Origin: Archaeoglobus sp. JdFR-37
GTDB lineage: Archaea > Halobacteriota > Archaeoglobi > Archaeoglobales > Archaeoglobaceae
DNA length: 47,133 nucleotides
Assembly: GCA_002010215.1 (NCBI GenBank)
Contig: MTMY01000018.1
Span: forward strand, 1 to 47,133
Direction: 5' to 3'
The notes beneath the pieces were generated by a model. That model was not told where the DNA came from. It made no database searches and saw only the letters and a program-made list of their open reading frames with translations. How positions within the stretch are numbered: the stretch's first letter is position 1; each line of letters begins with the position of its first letter. The position numbers and the translations under genes were made by a program. This document shows positions 28,070 through 36,859 of this stretch, in pieces.

Positions 28070-28278
28070 GATTAACCACCAAAATTTGATTTCTTAAATA
28101 ATTAATGACTGAAAGCTATCAATGTTGATAAATCTTTCCAATTATAGGTAGAGAATATTCGACGAGAATAATTTAGAACACCAGATTTTATTTATTTCTG
28201 TGCAGTTTGTTTAATTTTAATCAGATCTAAAATTTATAAGGCTATGATTTATAAGGATACATTATAAATAATGTTCTA

Positions 28279-28950
28279 TTAATAAATTACCTTCCATCTG
28301 GCGAGCAACCCTTCGCCGAGCTTTTTCCACTCAATAAGTTTGAGTTTTAGAGGAATTTTGAAAGATTCACCATCAACAACTGTCGGTGACAGATTTCCAC
28401 CTATAATCATACTGCCATAGTATATTGAGACCTCATCCACTAGCTTTTCCTTAAGCATGGCATAATTAAGAGTAGCTCCACCCTCCACCATAAGCTTTTC
28501 AACGCCCCTCTCCCTCAGATGCCTCATGAGGGCTAGAAGGTCTACTTTGTCCTTCCCCAGTCTGACGACTTCTGCCTTCTTTGCTACAAGTCTCACCTTC
28601 TCCTCATCTGCTGCTTGGCTAACTGCGATTAGGGTCTCTGCCTCGCTACTCAGCACTTCAGCATCCAGCGGTATTCTGCATCTGCTGTCTACCACAACTC
28701 TCAAGGGCTGCCTACTTTTTCCCATTTTCATCCTCAAAGCTATGAGATCGCCAGCCTTGACAGTCAGCTTGGGATTATCTGACAAAACCGTACCAATGCC
28801 TACCATTACGGCATCGCTGGTTGCCCGCAGCATATCCACTCTCTTCATGTCTGCTTTACATGAAATTCTCACCTGTTTCCTACTCTCGTCGCTTATTTTA
28901 CCGTCTGCACTTGCTGCTACATTTATAAACACGAATGGCTTTTCTTTCAT
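28279..28950 (-). CDS. arfC: 2,5-diamino-6-(ribosylamino)-4(3H)-pyrimidinone 5'-phosphate reductase (archaeal RibD C-terminal/Rib7 type)
   Basis: KPFVFINVAASADGKI, DAVMVGIGTVLSDNPKL and LMVEGGATL. Confidence 0.9.
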   Translation of the reverse strand: MKEKPFVFINVAASADGKISDESRKQVRISCKADMKRVDMLRATSDAVMVGIGTVLSDNPKLTVKAGDLIALRMKMGKSRQPLRVVVDSRCRIPLDAEVLSSEAETLIAVSQAADEEKVRLVAKKAEVVRLGKDKVDLLALMRHLRERGVEKLMVEGGATLNYAMLKEKLVDEVSIYYGSMIIGGNLSPTVVDGESFKIPLKLKLIEWKKLGEGLLARWKVIY

Positions 28951-29627
28951 TTAAGCAACGCCTCCAGAAACCTCTTAGCCTGCATAACTCTCTCCAAATT
29001 GTTTCCAGAGAACTTTACTATTACGTATCCGGGTTTCGGGTATGAGCCTATCTCAACATCTGGGAATTGCTTTACCACCTCATTAAGCCTCTCCAGCATA
29101 TCTTCTTCATAACCCTCCACTCTAAGAGTCTCAACAAAGTGATCCGTTCTTTCGAATCTGGAGAATATCTTTTCGAAGGTATCTCTCATTTCCGCCGGAA
29201 CTCCGGGCATGACGGCAATGTTCTCGATAACGAAGGCGGGAGCAACGCCTACATCGTTTTCAACTATCTCAGCACTTTCGGGAAGCATTGCAATTTTGTC
29301 AATAACATCTTTATTATTTGTTTTCTTCATGAGGACTCTGACCGCTTCATCATTTTTTACCAGCTTCTTTCCAAGAGCCTTGGCAATAGCCTCAGCAGTT
29401 ACATCATCATGTGTTGCTCCGAGCCCACCAGTAACAAGGACAAAATCGTATCTTTCAGCCAGTCTTCTCACCTCTTCAGCAATATCTGGGATTGAATCCG
29501 GAACTGTTACAATTCTCTCTACTCTGTGTCCACTCAGAGTTATCCGTCTTGCCATGTAAGCTGCATTGGTGTTTTCTATGTCTCCACTGAGAATTTCGTT
29601 ACCGACGCTGATGATTGCGAATTGCAT
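28947..29627 (-). CDS. CinA N-terminal/molybdopterin-binding (MoCF) domain protein
   Basis: VGNEILSGDIENTN, TGGLGATHDDVT and MPGVPAEM. Confidence 0.9.
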   Translation of the reverse strand: MQFAIISVGNEILSGDIENTNAAYMARRITLSGHRVERIVTVPDSIPDIAEEVRRLAERYDFVLVTGGLGATHDDVTAEAIAKALGKKLVKNDEAVRVLMKKTNNKDVIDKIAMLPESAEIVENDVGVAPAFVIENIAVMPGVPAEMRDTFEKIFSRFERTDHFVETLRVEGYEEDMLERLNEVVKQFPDVEIGSYPKPGYVIVKFSGNNLERVMQAKRFLEALLK

Positions 29628-29778
29628 GGAGATGCACTGCTTTTCAGAAAGAAATAGCTTGCGATAGTGGGGTTAAATGGATTAATATTGGGTTAAGGTC
29701 CGGGGGATTGCTAGCTCTTTTCAATTCACACAAATCACTAAGTGTTACTGCCATTCTGACATGTAACGATGGAGAATG

Positions 29779-29794
29779 GGAAAAGCTTTAAATG
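29779..29794 (+). promoter_or_regulatory. BRE/TATA promoter of the eIF5A-agmatinase operon
   Basis: GGAAAAGCTTTAAATG about 35-50 nt upstream of ATG 29830, followed by RBS GGGAGG. Confidence 0.6.
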
Positions 29795-29829
29795 GAAGGG
29801 TGTTATGCTGCTTGCGGGAGGGCTGAAAA

Positions 29830-30213
29830 ATGAAAATGCAGACTGAAGTGAGAACGTTAAAAGAGGGTGGTTATGTCATTATTGATGATGAACCATGTGA
29901 GATTGTTAGCATGTCGGTAAGCAAACCTGGAAAACATGGGGCGGCGAAAGCGAGAATCGATGCCATAGGAATCTTCGACAAGCAGAAGCGCAGCATCGTA
30001 CAGCCTGTAACTGCCAAGATATATGTCCCAATTGTTGAAAGAAAGAGGGCCCAGGTAATCAGTGTAATGGGGAATATTGCCCAGCTTATGGATCTGGAGA
30101 CCTATGAGACTTTCGAGCTTGAAGTGCCAAATGAAGTGGCAGATAAGGTTCAGCCAGGTAACGAGATAGTTTATATAGAGTCGCTGGGCAAGAGGAAAAT
30201 TGCGGAGAAGTAA
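29830..30213 (+). CDS. eif5a: Translation factor aIF5A/eIF5A
   Basis: [10 protein letters not shown] hypusination motif. Confidence 0.97.
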   Translation: MKMQTEVRTLKEGGYVIIDDEPCEIVSMSVSKPGKHGAAKARIDAIGIFDKQKRSIVQPVTAKIYVPIVERKRAQVISVMGNIAQLMDLETYETFELEVPNEVADKVQPGNEIVYIESLGKRKIAEK

Positions 30214-30230
30214 TTGAGATAATTTGGACA

Positions 30231-31064
30231 TTGGATATGCACATAGATTCTTTTTTTGCCATCTCCAATTCTGATTTTGAGGACGCCGAATACGTTATAT
30301 TTGGTATTCCATTTGATGGAACTCAGTCTTTTAAATCTGGCTCCAGATTTGCTCCCACAGCCATTAGAGAAGCCAGCTGGAACATGGAAGATTACTCTGT
30401 GTATTTTGACCTCAGTTTTGATGAGGTAAAGGTGTGCGATGCTGGAAACATAAACGTGGATGGCAGTGTTGAAGAGGTTATGGGAAAGGTAACCAAATTT
30501 TTCAGGAAAATTAAAGCTGTGCCTGTTGCCATTGGCGGAGAGCACAGCATAAGCTACATGGTTGTAAGGAACATGAGTAATTTCTGCTATCTTGTTTTTG
30601 ACGCTCATTTCGATTTGAGAGACAGCTTTGACGGCAATCCCTACAATCATGCGTGCAATACTAGGAGAATCCAGGAACTTGGAGTTGATATTATTCAAGT
30701 TGGGGTGCGGAGTGGGACGAGAGAAGAGAGGACTTTTGCTGAAGAGAAAGGTATTGAAGTGTTTTATTCTTGGCAGATACTTGAAAATGGTGTAGATGAC
30801 GTTATTGACGCTCTGGAAGATTACAGGAACATTTATCTCTCTATAGATATTGATGCCTTCGACCCATCTTTCGCTCCCGGCGTATCAACTCCTGAGCCTT
30901 TTGGACTCCATCCCATCCATCTTTTGAAGGTGATAGAAGAGATCGGCGGCAGAATTATTGGCTTTGATGTTGTTGAGGTCATTCCAGACTCCGAAAAGAT
31001 AACTCAGAGTTTGGCGGCTAAGCTGATATGTGAAGTCATTGCTGCCCGGTCTGTTTCGCCATAG
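30231..31064 (+). CDS. speB: Agmatinase (ureohydrolase family)
   Basis: GGEHS, DAHFD and SIDIDAFDPSFAPGVSTPEPFG. Confidence 0.93.
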   Translation: MDMHIDSFFAISNSDFEDAEYVIFGIPFDGTQSFKSGSRFAPTAIREASWNMEDYSVYFDLSFDEVKVCDAGNINVDGSVEEVMGKVTKFFRKIKAVPVAIGGEHSISYMVVRNMSNFCYLVFDAHFDLRDSFDGNPYNHACNTRRIQELGVDIIQVGVRSGTREERTFAEEKGIEVFYSWQILENGVDDVIDALEDYRNIYLSIDIDAFDPSFAPGVSTPEPFGLHPIHLLKVIEEIGGRIIGFDVVEVIPDSEKITQSLAAKLICEVIAARSVSP

Positions 31065-32238
31065 TTCTTACAGCTCGGACTGTTGCTTTTATGTCCGGTA
31101 CTTCTCTTAGCATAATGGGTATCGAAAGGAGGAGATACACAATGGATATTCCTATTCTCACTTCAACACCCGGAAATAGGAGCTGGGCAATGAAGAGGAA
31201 GAGCAGGCTTAAGGCCTCAAGTCTGGAAACTCTGAGGTTGAGAATTACTGCTGTGGCGAATAGAGATTGAGCAGCGGTGAGAAGTACCTCCTCACTCTGC
31301 CGGGCATCTAAAGGTAGAGCAGCAATACCGCCATAAGCAATGCTGTAAACTAGGGCTATGGTGCCTATTAAAAGGGTCCACTGATTCACCTTAGAGGATA
31401 TCAGGGCGTTAAGGCTTGCAGAAATTCTCATTTTTCTTGCTAGATAAAAAGCAACTATAAATTCTGGCGCCTCACTTGCCAGCGGAGCTATCCACTGCAC
31501 CATGATGAAAGGGTCGAGGCCAATTATTTCAGCAGTCTCCAGCAGTCCTTCTGCAAAAGCCTCAACGCTGATAAAAATGATGAAAGCTGAAAAGAGAAAA
31601 AACGCTACAACGCCGCCTCTTCTCTTCTTCACCGGAAACGAGCAGAGGTAAGCTGGCACACCTTCTGGCTCAAATTCCTCATGAGGTGCTTTCATAGCCA
31701 GTTTTATGTATGCAATGTACATCCCAACAAAAATCAGGGTATCAAAGAGGGAGATATTCCCTTTGAATGGTAGGAGGAAAGCGTAAAGGGTTGCCAAAAA
31801 CAAAAAGAAGACTTCCAGCCTCAGCCCCTCATCCAGATCAATCTCTCTTTTTTTGTTGGTCAGTAGAACGTAGAGCATCACAGCACTCCAACCTATGCCT
31901 ATCAGCAATCTGTTTGCTCCGGTCATGTTGGCCGTTGCATAATGCACATAATCGCTATCCGGATTCAGACCTGCCATCCATGCAAAGTACATGTCTACGG
32001 CATATTCCGGAAGGACTGCAAGTAAAGCAACCACCGCAAGACTGAAACTTCTGGGAACATCTATTTCTGCAGTTTCGGCAGCCCATGAGAGAAGAAATGA
32101 TGCCGAAATAACTGCCATACCGGCAACTAACGCCTCGAGGTATGGGGGAAGTGTATAACCCATCAGCCATAAGGAAAACCAGGGTAGAGTGAGAAGTAAG
32201 GCGATAAGGATCTTAACTCTTTCCTTTATAAAAGGCAT
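31036..32238 (-). CDS. Na+/Ca2+ exchanger (CaCA) family antiporter
   Basis: Alpha repeats LAVLPEY..ANMTGAN and PLASEAPE..NALISSKVNQ, with multiple TM helices. Confidence 0.9.
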   Translation of the reverse strand: MPFIKERVKILIALLLTLPWFSLWLMGYTLPPYLEALVAGMAVISASFLLSWAAETAEIDVPRSFSLAVVALLAVLPEYAVDMYFAWMAGLNPDSDYVHYATANMTGANRLLIGIGWSAVMLYVLLTNKKREIDLDEGLRLEVFFLFLATLYAFLLPFKGNISLFDTLIFVGMYIAYIKLAMKAPHEEFEPEGVPAYLCSFPVKKRRGGVVAFFLFSAFIIFISVEAFAEGLLETAEIIGLDPFIMVQWIAPLASEAPEFIVAFYLARKMRISASLNALISSKVNQWTLLIGTIALVYSIAYGGIAALPLDARQSEEVLLTAAQSLFATAVILNLRVSRLEALSLLFLFIAQLLFPGVEVRIGISIVYLLLSIPIMLREVPDIKATVRAVRTMAKQTGQQ

Positions 32239-32324
32239 GCTCTGGGTTCCAGGAGGAAGAAATTTAAAGGTTTGCCTTTAGATTTAGAAATTGTTATAAC
32301 ACATTGCACTTTGAAATAATAATA

Positions 32325-32627
32325 ATGATATTCGACAGAATGGTCGGAGAAGAGGAGGGATTAAAGCTATTATTCAAGGAAAAGGCTGTTGAAATTCTTA
32401 TGACTATTTACTACGAAAACCTCGATGGAAAAAATGTCTACATACAGTACATTGCCAGCAGGATAAATAGTCCCCACAGCTATGTCTGGCTAATGGTGAA
32501 GAAATTTGAGCAGGCTGGCTTGGTGGAGACGATTATAGAAGGAAGAACTAAAATTATAAAATTAACTGAAAAAGGTATCCGGGTTTCTCAGCGCATTCAG
32601 GAAATAATTGAAGAATTTATTGAATAA
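32325..32627 (+). CDS. Small winged-helix DNA-binding protein upstream of the hydrogenase operon (start uncertain: 32325 or 32340)
   Basis: YIQYIASRINSPHSYVWLMVKKFEQAGLV...GRTKIIKLTEKG, a MarR-like wHTH. Confidence 0.85.
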   Translation: MIFDRMVGEEEGLKLLFKEKAVEILMTIYYENLDGKNVYIQYIASRINSPHSYVWLMVKKFEQAGLVETIIEGRTKIIKLTEKGIRVSQRIQEIIEEFIE

Positions 32628-32643
32628 AATACATTTGAATTAG

Positions 32644-32663
32644 TACACTTTTTAAAAAGTATA
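32644..32663. promoter_or_regulatory. Palindrome upstream of the hydrogenase operon
   Basis: Perfect 14-bp palindrome ACTTTTTAAAAAGT at 32647-32660, extending imperfectly to TAcACTTTTTAAAAAGTaTA. Confidence 0.45.
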
Positions 32664-32734
32664 TTATATCATGCAATTTTGAGTCTGAAAATCATTTTTA
32701 ATCTGCTCTGTTATATCGGTCGGCGGGTGATAAT

Positions 32735-33799
32735 GTGGAATCCCTGAGGCTGACACGAAGGAATTTTATGAAACTGGTTTCTGCAATGGGTGCATCAGCT
32801 TTCCTAACAACATATAAGGCAGATATTGTCAAAGCAATAACCGAGGCAAGGGACTACTGGCATATTGCTTGGCTGAACGGTGGTGCATGCACTGGCTGTA
32901 CGATATCTTTTGCCCAAGCTTCGAATCCAGACCTGTTGCAGGTCTTAACCGAGATAACGGTGGGAAATTCGGGACTGCCGATTGTTCTGCCTGACTACAT
33001 GGAAACCATACACATCGCTTCCGGAACCCTGGCAGAGGGGCTGAAAGAGAAATGGAAACATGGCAACAAGGGTAAGAGAATCCTTGTAGTAGAAGGTGCG
33101 GTACAGGACCCAGGATATTGCATCATTGCCGGAAAGGACTTCAGAGACCATGTTGTTGAAGCTGCAGAAGTTGCAGATGCTATCGTAGCTGTAGGACAAT
33201 GTGCCACATTTGGTGGAATCCCTGCAGCAAAACCAAATCCAACCAATGCAAAGGGACTATCTGAGTTTCTGAAGGAGGTTGGAATTAACAAGACTGTTAT
33301 CAACTTGCCCCTGTGCCCCGTTAATGGAGAACATGTTGTGATCACGCTGGCTGCCGTGATTATGGGCGCCATACCGGAACTTGATGAATACGGAAGGCCA
33401 AAAATGTTCTTCGGAACAAACATGCATTATGAGCTCTGCCCCTACAGGCCGTATTATGATAAAGGCCAGTTTATAGAGGTACCGGGAGAAGGAGAGGGTT
33501 GCAAATACAAGATTGGCTGTAAAGGACCCATAACATGGACTGACTGCCCTTCAAGGAAATGGAATGGGAATACGAGCTACTGTGTTGAAGCTGGAGCACC
33601 GTGCATAGGATGTTCAGAGCCCGGATGGCCCGACGAATTCTCCCCGTTCTATAATGAAGTCCCGTCTCTGGTTTCGGCGGTTGTTGACCCAACCAAGCTT
33701 GGTACTGGAATTTTTGCCGCTACTATTACCGGAATAGGTGTGCATGCTGCTAGGAGGACTCTGAAGGGAGGTAAGGGAGGTGAAGAGGATGAGCAGTAA
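32735..33799 (+). CDS. vhtG: Group 1 [NiFe] hydrogenase small subunit, Tat-exported (Vht type)
   Basis: TRRNFMK twin-arginine signal, CTGC, GQCATFGGI, HYELC..C..C, CIGCSEP and a C-terminal TM anchor. Confidence 0.93.
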   Translation: MESLRLTRRNFMKLVSAMGASAFLTTYKADIVKAITEARDYWHIAWLNGGACTGCTISFAQASNPDLLQVLTEITVGNSGLPIVLPDYMETIHIASGTLAEGLKEKWKHGNKGKRILVVEGAVQDPGYCIIAGKDFRDHVVEAAEVADAIVAVGQCATFGGIPAAKPNPTNAKGLSEFLKEVGINKTVINLPLCPVNGEHVVITLAAVIMGAIPELDEYGRPKMFFGTNMHYELCPYRPYYDKGQFIEVPGEGEGCKYKIGCKGPITWTDCPSRKWNGNTSYCVEAGAPCIGCSEPGWPDEFSPFYNEVPSLVSAVVDPTKLGTGIFAATITGIGVHAARRTLKGGKGGEEDEQ

Positions 33800-35504
33800 T
33801 ATTGTTATTGATCCTGTTACGAGAATAGAGGGACACCTTAGAGTGGAAATGAAGCCCACTGAGGTCCAGACAGCCACTGGAAGCTGGACAATTGTCGATA
33901 AAGCTTACTGCATCGGAACGATGTTCAGAGGTATTGAAACAATATTGAGGGGCAGAGACCCAAGGGATGCTTGGTTCATAACCCAGAGGATATGTGGAGT
34001 TTGCCCAGCACCTCATGGTGAAACATCAATTCAGGCCATTGAAGCTGCATTTGACGTCAAACCAACCCCGGTGACGGTTCTCATCAGGAATATCCTCCAT
34101 GGTGCCTATTACATCTATGACCATATTATCCACACTTATCTCCTCATTGGCCCAGAGCTCGGGATTCTTGCTAAATATCTTCCAATGGTTCCTCCAGCAC
34201 TGGGGAAGGAAGGTATAGAGAAGTTGAATCTGGGATCGAGCTACGCTCAGGCTCTTGAAATACAGAGGAAAGCCAACGAGATAGTTGCCCTCTGGGGCGG
34301 AAAGTTCCCTCACCATCAGACTGAGTATCCGGGAGGAATGACTGTGAGGCCCACAGCAGACAGGATCGCATCAACTCTCGCCAGAATGACTGAACTCTGG
34401 TCATGGGTTGCTAAGGTGATGGTTAGAGACTTCAGAAGCCTTCTTACGGCCAACGAACGCATCGGGGAGGCTGTCAGCACCCTTCTGGACATCGAATTCA
34501 GAGGACTTCAGGATCTCGGAACCTCAACAGGTAATTTCTTGAGCTACGGATTGTTCCCTGACCACGAAAACTATGGTGACTGGCTTTCACTCCTCGATAG
34601 TCCAGGAAAAAGGGAGAGTGCACTGATTCATGCTGGAGCATGGGATGGAAGTGCGAAGTCGTTTGATCTGGAAAAGATTGCTGAGTTTGTGAAATATTCA
34701 TGGTACAAAAATGAAAGCGGATTGAATCCAAAGCACGAAACCACACCAATTCCGGACAAAACCAAGGTTGAAGCATATTCTTGGCTGAAAGCTCCAAGAT
34801 ATGACAACAAGGTTTATGAGGTGGGTCCGCTGGCAAGGATGATCAACACCTTCGGAATGAAATGGAAGATACCCATTAGAAATCCTGTGACAGAAGAAGA
34901 CCTCGGCTACTTTGAATACGGAGTTCTGAATCCAAAGGGTTCAGTTATCGACAGAGTCGCTGCAAGAGTTGCCTTAACATTGCTGATAGCGAATAAGATG
35001 TTTGAGTGGATTTCTGAGCTGAAGGGCTACATGGGTGAAAAGGTTACGAATTATAGGAAAAACGTCAAGGAAGGTGAAGGCTTTGGTCTCTGGGAGGCAC
35101 CGAGAGGCGCACTGCTCCACTATATAAAAATCAAGAACTACAAAATCGAGAACTATCAGGCAGTTGTTCCCAGCACCTGGAATTTCGGGCCGAGAGATGA
35201 CTTTGGCCAGCCCGGCCCTGTGGAAACGGCTCTTGAAGGAACATGGCTTCCAAGGGATGTGAGCGTTCCTGAGGTCTGTAACATCATCTATCCTGAGAAG
35301 GATATAGACCTCTCACCTATTGGTGTGAACGAGAAGATGAGCTGGGGAGATGTCCTCAAGCCTGCTCTGGAACAGCTCAATCTGGGCAGGGTTAACATGG
35401 AGCCGGTGAACGGATCAGAGTACAATACCTCCTTGGCACTGACTGTGATTAGGAGCTTCGACCCATGTATAGCCTGTGCAGTCCATGTCCTCAGGAAGAG
35501 GTGA
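33789..35504 (+). CDS. vhtA: Group 1 [NiFe] hydrogenase large subunit
   Basis: IDPVTRIEGH, RICGVC (L1) and RSFDPCIACAVH (L2). ATG 33789 follows RBS GGAGGTGA. Confidence 0.95.
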   Translation: MSSNIVIDPVTRIEGHLRVEMKPTEVQTATGSWTIVDKAYCIGTMFRGIETILRGRDPRDAWFITQRICGVCPAPHGETSIQAIEAAFDVKPTPVTVLIRNILHGAYYIYDHIIHTYLLIGPELGILAKYLPMVPPALGKEGIEKLNLGSSYAQALEIQRKANEIVALWGGKFPHHQTEYPGGMTVRPTADRIASTLARMTELWSWVAKVMVRDFRSLLTANERIGEAVSTLLDIEFRGLQDLGTSTGNFLSYGLFPDHENYGDWLSLLDSPGKRESALIHAGAWDGSAKSFDLEKIAEFVKYSWYKNESGLNPKHETTPIPDKTKVEAYSWLKAPRYDNKVYEVGPLARMINTFGMKWKIPIRNPVTEEDLGYFEYGVLNPKGSVIDRVAARVALTLLIANKMFEWISELKGYMGEKVTNYRKNVKEGEGFGLWEAPRGALLHYIKIKNYKIENYQAVVPSTWNFGPRDDFGQPGPVETALEGTWLPRDVSVPEVCNIIYPEKDIDLSPIGVNEKMSWGDVLKPALEQLNLGRVNMEPVNGSEYNTSLALTVIRSFDPCIACAVHVLRKR

Positions 35505-35509
35505 GAAAA

Positions 35510-36217
35510 TTGAAGGACAAAAAGGACTGGGTGGAGGTTCTGAGACATTCCAAGTTCGTGAGGAGCTGCCACTGGGGCATAGTCCTAACCTGTCTTTTTT
35601 TGATACTTACCGGTATTCAGCTTGCCTTTGGATATGAAATAGTGGACGATCCACAAGCTCTACATCTCAGGCTTGGCATCGTCTTCCTTGGATTATGGGG
35701 GCTGTTCGCTTACTTCGCCATGACAGAGGAATGGAAGTGGATTACCCCGAAGCGAATTCCTTATAGCATAAAATTCGTCATGGAAGAGGCGGTAGCATGG
35801 GTCAGGGGCGATCATGTAGAAGATCCAAGAGCATATGACCCCAAAAGGAAGGAGTATGTTGAAAAGGTGATACCAAGTCAGGTGCTTGTATGGTGGACAT
35901 ATGTTGCTTTGACGCTGGTGATAGGTCTAACAGGCCTTGTACTGTATGATCCAGAGTTATTCAAGCCCTTTATGAATTTCGCCGATAGGCTGGCAATGCT
36001 CTTTGGAATCAATGGTTACGCACTGGTGAGGGGTCTGCACAGGTTCACAATGTTCCTATACATCACTGTGGCAATTCTCCACGCCTATGCAGCTACAATC
36101 TTCGATACGTTGCACTCAATGATTTATGGGACGAGGAGGGAAAAGGTTGCCTGGAGTTCAAGCAAGAAAATCTCGAAGGAAATCTCGAAAGAAATTGTTG
36201 GTGCTGGGAGTAGGTAA
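35510..36217 (+). CDS. vhtC: Hydrogenase-associated b-type cytochrome
   Basis: Four TM helices with heme-ligand His (RSCHW, ALH, GLHRF, ILHAY). TTG 35510 follows GAGGTGA. Confidence 0.88.
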   Translation: MKDKKDWVEVLRHSKFVRSCHWGIVLTCLFLILTGIQLAFGYEIVDDPQALHLRLGIVFLGLWGLFAYFAMTEEWKWITPKRIPYSIKFVMEEAVAWVRGDHVEDPRAYDPKRKEYVEKVIPSQVLVWWTYVALTLVIGLTGLVLYDPELFKPFMNFADRLAMLFGINGYALVRGLHRFTMFLYITVAILHAYAATIFDTLHSMIYGTRREKVAWSSSKKISKEISKEIVGAGSR

Positions 36218-36689
36218 CCTACTGATGGGAGATGATGGTATAGGCGTTAGGGTAGTGGAAAAACTGAAAAAAAGAAGGCTACCAGAAAATGTAGATGTGA
36301 TGGACGGTGCAACCCTGAGTTTCCAGCTTCTAAATTTTTTTGACGAGTATGATAAAATAATTATCGTAGATGCTGTCAGTTTCGGGAAGAAGCCCGGGAA
36401 AGTGTACCGGTTTAAGCTGGAAGAACTCCTTGAGTTTAAAACTGGTAATGTCGCGTCAGTTCATGACTTTGATGTTTTCAGTGTTGTTAAAATGGTCAAA
36501 ACTTTTTCAGAAGTTCCAGAGATTGTTATATTTGGTGTTGAGGCTGAATATATTGGAGAGGGAATCGGTCTCTCTGAAGCTGTTGCGAAAGCCGTCCCTA
36601 AGGTGATAAAAAAAATATTGAGAGAAGTTACTCTCTCAAGAGGTAGAATAAGGACGTTGCGTAGAAGACAATTCCCACCAGCAAAATGA
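36126..36689 (+). CDS. vhtD: Hydrogenase maturation protease (start uncertain; TTG 36147 possible)
   Basis: LGVGNLLMGDDGIG, IVDAV and SVHD. Confidence 0.9.
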   Translation: MGRGGKRLPGVQARKSRRKSRKKLLVLGVGNLLMGDDGIGVRVVEKLKKRRLPENVDVMDGATLSFQLLNFFDEYDKIIIVDAVSFGKKPGKVYRFKLEELLEFKTGNVASVHDFDVFSVVKMVKTFSEVPEIVIFGVEAEYIGEGIGLSEAVAKAVPKVIKKILREVTLSRGRIRTLRRRQFPPAK

Positions 36690-36859
36690 ATTCCCACATA
36701 ATCTGTGGATTGGCTACGATAATTATAAATTTTTCTAAACTTGTTATATGCATGATTTAAAATGTAATTCATCTCAAATATTAAGAAACATGCATTGCTA
36801 AAACATAGATAATTACCGGCAGGTTTATAAATTATCAGTAATTGAAGATATTAGAGGAT

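Noticed and set aside
29751..29779. CCATTCT/AGAATGG inverted repeat upstream of the eIF5A promoter
   Set aside because: A 7-bp arm with a 15-nt spacer, single occurrence. Not distinguishable from chance without conservation data.
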